A DNA stretch of 64,000 nt from a virus (taxonomy: Duplodnaviria > Caudoviricetes): positions 3,913 to 67,912 of IMG/VR virus record IMGVR_UViG_3300036773_000110; one strand, given 5' to 3'. The notes under the pieces were generated by a model. That model searched no databases. It had not been told where the DNA came from and saw only the letters and a program-made list of their open reading frames with translations. Within the stretch, counting starts at the first letter, position 1. Each line of letters opens with the position of its first letter. The position numbers and the translations under genes were made by a program. This document shows, in pieces, positions 8,824 to 19,400 of the stretch.

Positions 8824-8988
8824 TCATCGGGGTTCTGCTCCCAGGGATCGGAGGCGTTCGGCCATCTCCTCCATGACTTCGTGGAGTTCGTCGAGCAGCG
8901 TTGTGGCCTTCGACGTGAGCGCCTCTACTTCCTCGGGCCGGTACTCACGAGGACCGTTTGCCGCGTCGCCTGGTTTCCTTGCTGTCAC
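8824..8988 (-). CDS. Small coiled-coil protein A (54 aa, absent from ORF track)
   Basis: GTG start with GAGG; ...EYRPEEVEALTSKATTLLDELHEVMEEMAERLRSLGAEPR; similar to protein B. Confidence 0.55.
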   Translation of the reverse strand: MTARKPGDAANGPREYRPEEVEALTSKATTLLDELHEVMEEMAERLRSLGAEPR

Positions 8989-9331
8989 TCGGAACCTCAC
9001 TGGCTCGGATCAGTCCCTGAAGGATCGGGATCATCTGCTGGAGCGCCTGAATCTGCTGGAGGACAGGCATGAGTGCCCTCGTCGTGCTGATGAAATCGCC
9101 GACGACCGGGAGCAGTTTTTCTTGCAGGACTTGGGCCATGGCGTCCCGCTGGGCGTCGGCCTTCTCGCGCTCCTTGATGGCGCGGTCGCGTTCCTCGATG
9201 AGCTTGTCGACCGACGGCTTGGCCCAGATCCAGCCCGTCACGATCGCGAGGAACACCAGTCCGAGCACGCCGAAGTTGACCCACGTCGTGACGTCGGTGA
9301 GCGTGCCACCCTCGGCCGCCAGCGCGGTCAT
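8945..9331 (-). CDS. Putative holin-like membrane protein
   Basis: N-terminal TM (NFGVLGLVFLAIVTGWIW), coiled coil, basic C-terminus; in lysis cassette. Confidence 0.55.
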   Translation of the reverse strand: MTALAAEGGTLTDVTTWVNFGVLGLVFLAIVTGWIWAKPSVDKLIEERDRAIKEREKADAQRDAMAQVLQEKLLPVVGDFISTTRALMPVLQQIQALQQMIPILQGLIRASEVPSDSKETRRRGKRSS

Positions 9332-9858
9332 CGCGACGAGATGAACTGAACCGTCATCTCAGTGGGGATGGCGAAGCTTGTGGCCTGAAGGGTTCCGCCT
9401 GATGCGCTCGGGAAGTTCGACCAGTAGAGCTTGGTCCCAGCGGCGAGGAAGATGCGTGCGCGGAACGCGTTCAGCACGACGCCTTCGGAACTCAGCTGGA
9501 TGCCGATGTCCGAGGCGAGCGAGTTGGCAACGGAGGTGCCGCTGGTCGAGATCTTCGCCGCCGCGATGGAGTTGCCCGGCTGCCCTGTCACGTTGCTGTG
9601 GTACGCCAACTGGTAGTACCCGTCGAGTCCCACGGTGATGAAGCTCGGACTGCCCGAGGTGAACCAGGCGAATGGATCTTCGCGAACATTCCAGACGCCA
9701 GGCGCGAAGGCGTCCACTCCGGCGGTCAGGCCGATGGCGGCGTTCAGGGCCACGCGGCAGGCGGGAACAGCGGGTGCTTTCCGCGTGAGTTCGGCGACCT
9801 GACGGCGGAGGTCGTTGAGCTGGTCGAGCAGAGAGCCCGTGCCTGGCGGCTGGGTCAT
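9328..9858 (-). CDS. Minor tail protein with beta-sandwich (C1q/TNF-like) domain
   Basis: LNDLRRQVAELTR coiled coil, ITVGLDGYYQL strand, position after tail genes. Confidence 0.65.
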   Translation of the reverse strand: MTQPPGTGSLLDQLNDLRRQVAELTRKAPAVPACRVALNAAIGLTAGVDAFAPGVWNVREDPFAWFTSGSPSFITVGLDGYYQLAYHSNVTGQPGNSIAAAKISTSGTSVANSLASDIGIQLSSEGVVLNAFRARIFLAAGTKLYWSNFPSASGGTLQATSFAIPTEMTVQFISSR

Positions 9859-10997
9859 CAGGTCACCGCCAACGTGTCCTGGAGTTCCAGGGAGACCGTG
9901 CTTTCGGTGTCGCTGCTGAAGCCGAGGATGCGGCGGCGGTACTGCCCGTCCACGATCCACGGGTGTCCGCTGATGCCGAAGATCGGGGCGTCGCCGAGCG
10001 ACCATCCGGACAGCTTGGGCGAGACGACGACGCCGTTACTGCTGGAGCCGTCCACGCGGACGCTGCACTTCCACGCCTCGGTGGGAGCGCTGAACTGGGC
10101 GAGGTCGGCGGTGGCGTAGGTGTCCAAAGTGGCCTTGACGACGACGGACGTGTGGTTGGTGTCGATGTAGTCCGTAGGCGGGTAGCCCAGGGCGATGAGG
10201 GCGTCGTTGGAGGCGTAGCCCGCGAGCATGGTGCGCTCCGTTCCGGACCCCTTGACCCACGCTTTGGTGCACGGCGACGCGGAGCCGTTGACGTCCACGT
10301 CGATCTGGCCCAGGGCGCCGCCGTAGTCCCACACGCCGGTCGAGGTCTGGTTTCCCAGGGTGGGGCTCCCGATGACCAGCTCCCACCGCACCTGGTTCCC
10401 GGCCGACGTGAGGTAGGGCCGGAAGTCGATCTCCGGTCCACTGTCCACTTTCGACAGTTCGTCGAGCCGGTCCCAGACAGTGGCGAGGTCGTAGCCGAAG
10501 TACGTCCTGGTGTTGGTGCCGGTTTCGGCGGCCGGGACGTCGATGGGGAGTCCGTATCCGGTCTGGGTGAGGTTGGCGTTCACGATCTCGCGGCCGATCC
10601 CCCGGAGCGTGAAGTTGGTGAGCACGAGGTCGTTGTTGACGTGGACGATGTTGTTCGCCGGGCCTGCCGGGTTCCGGAGCGCCCGGCGGTCGAAGAGTCC
10701 TTGGATGCCGGTGCCGGACGCCGACAAGTTCCTCGTGTTCTCGTCGAACTGGTAGGTGAATACCGGTCCTGCCTGGCAGATGTAGTCGTCGCACAGCACG
10801 ATCCACGAGTAGTGCCCGGCGTCCACATAGGTGTGGAGGTCCACGGCGTAGTTTGCCCGGTCCTCCGGCAGGACGTTGACGGTCCAGGTCCCCTTGTCCG
10901 TGACCTTGCGCGAGAAGCTGGGACTGTCGCGCGGGGTCACGTCGGAGAGGATGTTGCCGGTCACGGTGTCGGCGATGAGGACGCGCCAGGTCGCCAT
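9858..10997 (-). CDS. Minor tail (baseplate hub-like) protein
   Basis: 379 aa in tail module; typical actinophage minor tail pattern. Confidence 0.75.
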   Translation of the reverse strand: MATWRVLIADTVTGNILSDVTPRDSPSFSRKVTDKGTWTVNVLPEDRANYAVDLHTYVDAGHYSWIVLCDDYICQAGPVFTYQFDENTRNLSASGTGIQGLFDRRALRNPAGPANNIVHVNNDLVLTNFTLRGIGREIVNANLTQTGYGLPIDVPAAETGTNTRTYFGYDLATVWDRLDELSKVDSGPEIDFRPYLTSAGNQVRWELVIGSPTLGNQTSTGVWDYGGALGQIDVDVNGSASPCTKAWVKGSGTERTMLAGYASNDALIALGYPPTDYIDTNHTSVVVKATLDTYATADLAQFSAPTEAWKCSVRVDGSSSNGVVVSPKLSGWSLGDAPIFGISGHPWIVDGQYRRRILGFSSDTESTVSLELQDTLAVT

Positions 10998-12182
10998 CTA
11001 CACCGCCGGAGGCTGGGTGGTCGCCGGGAAGACGAGGCAGGTGATGGTGTTGGCCCCGACGTCGTTGCCGCGGAAACCGAATCCCGAGTACTGCGAGGCG
11101 CTGTCGCGCATGGCGCACGACAGCACGACATCCACGGACCCGGTGAGGGGACCGTAGTGTGTCGGCGCGACGTTCGGGACGCACAGCTTGTCTGTGGTGG
11201 CTCCGTAGGTGTGGAAGCGGGTCCAGTGGATGTCCGAGCCGCTCGTGGAGCCGGTGTTGATCCGGAGGTCCGCCGCGCTGTTGGACGACAGGGTGACCGA
11301 GGCTTTCCCTGTGGGGTAGACGAAGTAGGGGACTCCGGGGTCGGGAATGGTGACGCGGCAGATCTCCCGTGTGACGCCGTATCCGCCGACGAAGCTGAAT
11401 TCGCCCGCCGGTGCGGCGGCGTAGTAGCGCAGGCAGTTGAACACCCCGCGCCAGCCTTGCTGGGCGCCGTAGTACACCTGGTGCTGGAACCCTGGGGCGT
11501 GAACCCACCTGACCTCCCCGGGGTATGCCCCTGCTTCCGCGAAGGCCGTGCTCGTCGTCTTCGCGTCTGCGCCGTAGAGCGCACGCATTCCGCCCCGGGC
11601 AACGAGTCCCGGACCGCGAAGGTCCTGGATACTCGCTGCCGTCAGGGATGTGACGGTCTTGCTCACCGTCACGGCCGCCAGCGGAGTCCAGCCGTTGGCC
11701 GGGGTCGGCGTCGGCGTGACCGGCGTGCCGGAGGAGTAGTCCCCCTGCCATACCTCCACCGTGAACTTCCGTGTCCCTGACGGACTGGCGATCGAGGTGT
11801 TCAGGTCGTCGTAGACCCTGGCGATGATCAGGTCCACTCGGTTCTGTGTGGAGCTGGCCGCCGCGAGGGAGAGCGTCTTCTGGGCGTCGAGTGCGCACAT
11901 GTAGGCGCCCTGGCCGGGACTGTTGACCACGGCGTTGCCCATCTCGACCGTGACCGACAGGACGCCGGTGACCGGGGCGACGCGCATCGCCATGTGGGTC
12001 GGGGTGCCGGTCAGGCCGATGTCACCGGAGGCCATGACACCGCTGCGGTAGTCGATGTAGGAGAGGTTCGGTCGCGGCATGAGCACGCTGTCCAGAGCTA
12101 GGCGTGCGTCCGCGAGTCCGATGCGTGACTGGACGGACCAGGGGTCGTACGCGCTCTGCGCGACCGTGCCCAGCGAGACCAT
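10998..12182 (-). CDS. Minor tail protein
   Basis: QNRVDLIIARVYD and PLAAVTV motifs seen in actinophage tail proteins. Confidence 0.75.
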   Translation of the reverse strand: MVSLGTVAQSAYDPWSVQSRIGLADARLALDSVLMPRPNLSYIDYRSGVMASGDIGLTGTPTHMAMRVAPVTGVLSVTVEMGNAVVNSPGQGAYMCALDAQKTLSLAAASSTQNRVDLIIARVYDDLNTSIASPSGTRKFTVEVWQGDYSSGTPVTPTPTPANGWTPLAAVTVSKTVTSLTAASIQDLRGPGLVARGGMRALYGADAKTTSTAFAEAGAYPGEVRWVHAPGFQHQVYYGAQQGWRGVFNCLRYYAAAPAGEFSFVGGYGVTREICRVTIPDPGVPYFVYPTGKASVTLSSNSAADLRINTGSTSGSDIHWTRFHTYGATTDKLCVPNVAPTHYGPLTGSVDVVLSCAMRDSASQYSGFGFRGNDVGANTITCLVFPATTQPPAV

Positions 12183-12185
12183 GGG

Positions 12186-12488
12186 TTATGCTCCTGCGGT
12201 CGGGAAGTTCGAGGTGACGGGGCGGAATTGGCTCGCGCGAAGGACTTCGTCGGTCATCGGGCTGACGCCGTTGTAGAGCCAGTCGCCGAAGTTCAGCTGG
12301 TAGTAGCCGAACCAGCGGACGGTGTCGCCGTCCAGCCGCGCGTCTGTGCTGCCGCCGAATGCGAAGTTGATGCGGTCGATGAACCACTGGGCTTCGCCGA
12401 CGTCCGTGTACTGGACGCAGTCGTGGGTGTCGACGATCTGGTAGTAGGACGGCGGATCGGGCTCGTTGGAGTACACGCCCATCGGCAT
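12186..12488 (-). CDS. Hypothetical tail-module protein
   Basis: 100-aa ORF with RBS, co-oriented in the tail operon. Confidence 0.65.
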   Translation of the reverse strand: MPMGVYSNEPDPPSYYQIVDTHDCVQYTDVGEAQWFIDRINFAFGGSTDARLDGDTVRWFGYYQLNFGDWLYNGVSPMTDEVLRASQFRPVTSNFPTAGA

Positions 12489-12515
12489 TCTCCTTGCTCG
12501 TAGAGGTTTTTCTGC

Positions 12516-13460
12516 TCAGAACCAGTAGGCGCGGTAGGTCGCGGTCACGTAGCCGCCTGTCGTGGAAGCCCCTGAGTGGGCGAGCGAGACGCTCAACGTG
12601 CCTGACGTCCCACCGGCAGCCGGCGGAATGTTGAAGGGCTCGAAATTGGCTGGGTACAACAGTTCTCGCCGGGATGTTGCTCCATTGAGGACCACCGAGG
12701 GCAGTGACGGGTCGATGGTCACGTAGTCGCCAGTGGCGAGGGTGCCGTTGTAGCGCATCGAGTAGCCGGTGTTGGTGGTCAGCACCGGGTTGGTGAGGGG
12801 GCCGTAGAGCGTGTAGACCGGTGTCGCCGGGGCTGTTCCGGGGTTGGTCAGGGTCATGAACCCGGAGCCGTTGAACGTGCCGAACGCCAGCCCATCCGTC
12901 GCCGGATTCGCTCCGAAGAACAGCCCTGGATTGGAGTCGGGGCTGACGACCTGGCTGAAGTCCAGGCCGTCTCCGGAGTCCTGCGGGAGACCGGCAGTCT
13001 GGGTTTGGATGTCCGGGCTGTACTTGCGTGGATCAGGCGCCACGAGTTGGAGGGAGAACTCCACGCCGGGTTCGGACACGATGTCCAGGGGCGTGCAGAG
13101 GATCGCGTCGTCGAGGAACACGTCCAGGCTGAGCGCGCCGTTTTCGGCGTAGCACGTGAGTTTTCCGGGTGTGCGGGGGTCCGACAGTAGGCCGAGTACG
13201 GTGGATTCGGCCTGCCGGAGGACCGCGTAATCGGGGTGGTAGCACCGGCCGGTGAGGGTGACGATCCGTTCCTTCTTCCACCCCGGGGACCGGAACATGC
13301 CGTGCTTGTTCAGCCGTGGCGACAGTGTGGCGTTGGTTCCGGGTGTTCCCCAGAAGCCCTCTTCCTTGGTGACGATCCATTGCACGCCAGCGGAATCGCG
13401 GACCTTGGGCGAGTGGTGGAAGGTGATCGTGTCGAGCGTCCAGACCTGACCGCCGAGCAT
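12516..13460 (-). CDS. Distal tail protein (Dit)-like
   Basis: Directly follows tape measure; ERIVTLTG, FSLQLVAPDPRKY, PVYTLYGPLTNP. Confidence 0.75.
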   Translation of the reverse strand: MLGGQVWTLDTITFHHSPKVRDSAGVQWIVTKEEGFWGTPGTNATLSPRLNKHGMFRSPGWKKERIVTLTGRCYHPDYAVLRQAESTVLGLLSDPRTPGKLTCYAENGALSLDVFLDDAILCTPLDIVSEPGVEFSLQLVAPDPRKYSPDIQTQTAGLPQDSGDGLDFSQVVSPDSNPGLFFGANPATDGLAFGTFNGSGFMTLTNPGTAPATPVYTLYGPLTNPVLTTNTGYSMRYNGTLATGDYVTIDPSLPSVVLNGATSRRELLYPANFEPFNIPPAAGGTSGTLSVSLAHSGASTTGGYVTATYRAYWF

Positions 13461-13469
13461 TCCGCCTCC

Positions 13470-16400
13470 TTAGAGCCGTGCGCCGATGGACATGTGCCGG
13501 TCGATGACGTGGGCGATGTGCTCCGGGCTGGCGTCGGTGCGGGCGTTGACGGTGACACTGCGCCCGCTCGTTCCCCGCTGGAGCCCGGCCATGGAGGACA
13601 GCGCGTTCCACTGATCTTGAGTGAGGATCGCCTCGGGCTCACCGGTGTGGTTGGCGACGGTGGTGTAGCCGGGCGGGAGCCAGCCGCCGTCGTCGTACCA
13701 ATGTGGACTGCGGCTCGACCACTGCGCGTACGCGGCGGCGGGGCTGCCGTAGTCGGGTCGGCCCTTGATGTAGCCCAGGCCCCAGAGAATCTGGGTCGCG
13801 GGGTTGGTTCGCCAGTCCGGCCCCTGAGACGCCATCTTCTCCGCCGGGAGTGCCTGCGGAATGCCGTAGGCACCGGAACTCCGGTTCAGGGCCGTGTAGT
13901 CCCAGCGCGATTCCCCCTGCCACAAGGAAACCAGGGGCGCCATCTGCTCAGGCCCCCACCCGAAACGCGGAAGCGCACTGCGGGCGAAGTTCTGCGCGGC
14001 TGCGACGGCCGGGCCACCAGCCACGGAGTTGACGGCGATCTTCTGGACGGCGATCTTCTGGAGAGCGTCGCTGCCGTAGGCGGCTTCCCCGGCGCCGGAG
14101 CTGGCGGCGATGTTGCCGGGATACCGGCCCCGGAGGTTCGCGATCATCGCGGCCGTGTCGGTGAATGCCGACGCGACGAGGGCGGCCGGGTCGAAGTCGG
14201 CGCCGCCGCCGGAGATGAACTTGCCTCCGACGACGGGCAGCGACGACTGCGCCGAGAACTGGCTATCGTCGGCGCCGTGGGCGTCGCCGCCGAAGCGGAC
14301 GTGGTCCCCGGTGGCCTCCACGTTGATTCCGCCCAGGGTCCCGGCGGTGTGCACGGGGCTCGCGCCGAGTGCCCACGAGGAGCTGAGTCCGCGCACGAAG
14401 CCAGGCCACGGCTCGGATGCCGCCTGGCCGAGCCGCTTGTACGGGCTGGCCGCGCCGAGGAGCACGTTCGTCACCGCGCTGGCCAGGCCCGAGCAGTCGT
14501 ATCCGGCCGGGCCGACGCCACCCCAGATGTAGGGCTTTCCCCGCTGTGCGGCGGCGAATGCCTGCGCCTTGGTCACTGCGGCGTTCAGTTGCGAGCCGGT
14601 GTCGGCGACGATGCCGCCCTGGGCGTACCCGGCCGCCTGAAGGGCTTCCGCCTGGCCGCCGCGCAAGGCTTCGAGGAACGGCAAGATCCGCTTGGTGAGC
14701 CATGCGGGCATGACGTACTCACCGTTGGACAGGCGGGTGAGGATGCTGTCCGACGTGCCGGTGCCCGGCCCGTGCACTGCTCCGCCTTCGGCGAACGCGA
14801 TGGGCACGGGGTTGAGGTGGTGGTTCAAACCAAAGCTGGAATCCAGGTAGTTCCAGGCGGTCACCAGGCCCGCGTTGACTGGCCCGGCGAGGGTGTCCAC
14901 CACCGGCTGGCGGGTGTAGCCGCGAATCGCGCTCCAGGTGGTGTTCACCCAGCCGGAGGTGTTCGCGAACGCCTGGCCGGTGAGCTGGAGCCCGGTCCGC
15001 AGGGTGGCGAGGTAGCCGCCGATCTGCGTGACCGCGTTCGCCGTGGAGGCGGTCATTCCCGCCGTGGAGCTGGCGATGACGGCGGCCGTCGCGTTGAATC
15101 CGCCCTGGACCGGCGGGAGCAGGGCCATGAGCGCGTTGAGTGCCGGGTTGACGGCGGCGTTGACCTGCCCCACGAGCGGCACGAGCGCCGTCGTGGTGAA
15201 CGAGACGGTGGCCGTCTGAAGCGCGGCCAGGGCGACGGCGAGCGCGTTGGCCGCGTCCGTGCTGCCGCCCATCGCGGCCGTGAGCGCGGCCAGCTGGTCC
15301 GGCGCCGCCGGAGCCACCGGGGCGGCACCTGCGGCTGTCGTCGCGGCTCCTGGGCCGCCGGACGGGGTCGCCACGGCACCGGCCGCGAGCCCGAGGACGC
15401 CACCGAGGGCCATCTGCGCGATGGGCGCGAGCAGGAACCCCATGCGCTTCGCGGTCTCGCGGAGGATGTCCACGGAGCGCGGCGAGGTGTTGACCGGGAT
15501 GAACGCTTCGTCGCCCTGGGCGCGGTCGCCGACGACTCGCAGTGTGTTCGGCGGGACGACCCGCGCGACCGTCGCCGACATCCCTTGCACCTGACGGAAC
15601 CCACCGGCGGAGTAGAACTCCAGGAGGTTGCCGAGTGCACTGTGGAGCGGGAGTGGCGGCGCACCTGGCGCTGGGGCCGTCGGCGTGACGGTGAGGTTGA
15701 GCTGGCTGAGGTAGTCCTGAGCCCATTTGCCATACGCCGTCAGCTTGTCCGTGGCGGGCTGCGTGTTCGCGTCGAGAACCGCCCAGCCCTTGGTGTGGTC
15801 GGCGGCGTCCTTCCAGATCTTCACCTTGCCGTCTGCGGGGTCCGTGAACGCGTCCAAGTTGGTCAGACCGCGTGTGCCGTCCGCGTTGGTTTTCCAGATC
15901 TGCACCTTGCCGGTGGCGACGTCGGTGATGGCATCGAGCTGCGCCTTGGCAACCGTGCCGTCCGAGTTGCGCTGCCAGAACACCGTCTCGCCGGTCGCCG
16001 GGTCGGTGTCGGCGAACAGCGTCACCGTGGCGTGCTGGCCGTTGGCGTAGGTCACGGTTGCGTCGATCTTCGTGCGCGCGGGGCGGTCGTCGGCGTCGAG
16101 CTTGATCGACGTGCCGTCGGGCAGTTTGACGATGGCGGCGCCGAAGTCGTCGATCGTGGTGGTGAACCCCGCTGCCGACGCGCTCGCCAGGTCCATGCCC
16201 TTGATGGAGTCCTTGACCGCCTGCGGCAGGTCGCCCTTGTAGGTCTTGACGACGTCCAAGAGCGCCTTGTTGCGATCGGTGGTCGCCTTGTTCTCCCGCT
16301 CCAGTTCGGGGAGATTGTGGTTACGGGCCTCGGATTCCCGCTGGGCAGCGTCCAAAAGGGACAGAATGGAGTGCTCTTCGGAACGTCGGGCGTCACTGAG

Positions 16401-19400
16401 ACGATCCGAGGCGTCGGACGCTTCCTTGCTGTCGGCGCCGTGCTCCTTGACCGCCGCGTTGTAGTCACTTTGGGCTTCGGTGATGCCCTTCTGGCTGTCG
16501 TGGAGATCGTTCTGAGCGTCGCGGAGAGTCAGGCTGGCCTCGGCCAGCTCCTTCGTGACGTCGCGCAACTTCTGCTGCGCTTCCCACTGCTTGACGGTCG
16601 CGTCGGTGACGTTGGCAGACGCCGCCTCCAAGAGGAGGTACGTGTCCCGGGCGTCCTTGTTCTTCTTGATCTGGTCGCCGACGGCGGCGTTGCCGTTCAA
16701 GATCGCGCTGACCTGGCTCAGCTGAGCCTTGGTGAGTCCGATGATGCCGTTACCGTTGGCGTCGAACGAGTCGGTGGCGATGGAGACGTCTTGGGCGAGG
16801 TTGGTGTAGTTCTGGCCGGTGCTGAGTGCAGTAGTTCCCACTGCCGCAAGTGCGTCGCCTTGCTGACTTGTGAGTCCGGCCTGATTCGCGATGCTGTGGA
16901 GTGCGCTATCCGACGCCTTCGTGACCTGGTCGAGCGCGGTCGCGTTGCCGTTGGCGGCGGCGGCGTAGACGTCGAACGACGAACCGGCCGCACGTGCGTT
17001 GTCCGCCGCGTTGGCGTCTGCCAGCGCCTTGTTGTTCGTGTTGATGATGTTGTCGTCAAGGAAGCCGTTCGACTGCTTGTACGCCTCGGTAAGGGAATCA
17101 ACGTCCCTCTTGTAGTCTTCGGCCTTCTGCGCGGCCTCCTGCTGCTTGTCGACCAGGAAGCCGAGGAGCAGGGTTGCGCCGGTGATGGCCAGTCCCCATG
17201 GACCACCCAGGGCGTTAAAGAGCCCGGACATTGCTCCGCCGAGGCCCTTGCCGATCGCTTGGGCCGCTCCGCCCGCTGCGCCTGCGATGCGCACCAGTCC
17301 GCTTTCGAACCCCGTGGCCGCCCGCGACATGCCGGTGCTCACGGATGCGCCGAGGTTGCTGGCGGCGCCGGACACAACGCTCACGGCGTTTGTCAGCCCG
17401 TCGCGGATCGCCGGTCCGAGGTTGCGGATGGCAGTTCCGGCAACGGACATGCCCTCTGACAGTCGCGTCCGGACAGCGTCGGCCATCCGACCGGCCGCCG
17501 AGGTGCCCTGATCGAGTACGGCGGCCGTCTCACGCACCGGCGGGTTGAACACCGAGCGCAACTTCGCGCCCGCGTCCTCGATGCCCACGGCGACACGCGC
17601 CATGGTGCGGTCCAGGAGATCCGCCGGGTTCCGCACGGCCTCCAACCCGTTCGCGAGCTTGACGCCCAACGCGCTCGCGGTCCGGGACACGGCCGCGCCG
17701 ATGTCGTCCATGCGCTCGACAAGCGAAAGCGACGCCGGGCCGATCCGGGTCAGGATCGCGTCGGCCGCCGACGACGCCGCCGCACCGACGCGCGCGGCCA
17801 TGTCCTGCGCGCCAGTGGCAAAGTCGGCCAGGCGGCTGCGCATGTCGGCCACCTGGCGGGCCTGCGCGACCAACGCCCCGCCCGCATTTCCGCCGCCGGA
17901 GGGAACCGCCTGCGCGTTCAGCTGGGTCGTCATCCACTGCCGGGTGGCGCGGTCGCCCTCGCGGTAGGCGTCGGCGAGGCTCTTGGCCGCGTCACGCAGC
18001 TTGCCCACGGGGTTGATCGCGGCCTGGGCGGCACCGGACCACCGGCCGGTGCCGTCCGCTGCGCTCTGCACCTTGTCGCGAAGGTTTCCCATGGTGCCCG
18101 TGAAACGGGTGAGGCCGAGCTTGCCGGATGCAAACGCGCCGACGACGCCGTTCACCGCACGACCGAGCAGGAGGAGCGCCGTGACTCCGAGACCCACTCC
18201 GGCGATGATGTTCGTCAGGAGGGGGTGCGCCGTGGTGAAGGAACTGATCAACCGGGCGAAGGCGTCCACGATCTTGATCAGGCCGCCGCCGAGGGGAGCC
18301 AGGGCCAACGCGAGGTCGACAACGGCCTTGCCCACGTCCACCAGGAAATGCAGGACGTCCTTCAGGTTCTCGCCCGCGTCGCGCATGAACGCGGCGAGTT
18401 CCCCGGTGGCGCGCTTGCCCTGGATGAAGGTGTTGAACGTGGCCGCACCGTTCGCGGCCATCTGCGCGAAGTCCAGCAGCACAGGACCGACTGCCACGAG
18501 GAGCGACCGGAATGAGTCCGTAATGGACAGTCCCGCGTCTCCCAGGTCGTACATGACCTGGTTGTTGGTCTTCATGATCGTGGCGAAGTCCTTGCGCCAC
18601 GGGCCGGATGTCATCATCCGGGAGCCCTTGAGCGCCAGGTCGCCGAGCACGTTCGCGGTGTCGGTCAGTCCGGCGGTGACTTCCGGGGACAGCTCCAGCA
18701 GGTTCCGGAACGCCACGGTCAATTTCGGCAGGAGGGCGGCCTGGACCGCGCTGCCCATGTCCTGGAGTGCTGGCTTGGCTTCCTTCTGCAAGAAGGTGAC
18801 GAAGGAGCGACCGGCCGGGGACAGCTTGGACATCGCCAGCTGGAGCTTGTCCATCGCGGTCGTGCCGTCGGTGCCTGCCGTGACGGCCGCCGCCGCGAGG
18901 CTGCGTTGCGCATCGGCCACGGCCTTCGTGGCGGCTTCGTTCGCCCAGGCCGCGTGTTCCTGCGACTGGGAGACCGCTTGCGCCGCCTGCGCGGCCTGAG
19001 CCTGCGCCTGGGCCACTTGGCGGGCGCCGTCGGTCCGCGCCTGCGCCAGGGAGCGTTCCGACTCCTGAACGCGGGCGGTGGCGTCGTCGGCGGCCTGGTG
19101 GGCGGCGATCACCGCCTTGTCGCCCTCGACGCCGGTCTTCGCGGCGTACGCGGACTGCTTCTGAAGGTCGGAATACCGGTCGCGTACCTCCGCGAGGGAC
19201 TGGGCCGCTTGGCGGGCGGCGAGGTCCGCCTCGCGGTAGTCCAATGTGGTCGGACCGACCCCCGCGTCCTTCAGCGCCTGAAGCTTCTGCTGCGCCTTCT
19301 CCAGGGCGATGGATGCGGATTCCTCGTCCAGCGCTGCACCCTTGAGCGACAGCTTGAGGTCGTCGATGCGCGCGACCGCGTCTTCGCGAGCCTGGTTGAG

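Noticed and set aside
13236-17459. 1407-aa plus-strand ORF and other long antisense ORFs (e.g. 9963-11780, 26226-28478, 57969-59846)
   Set aside because: Shadow frames of real high-GC genes; no motifs or RBS
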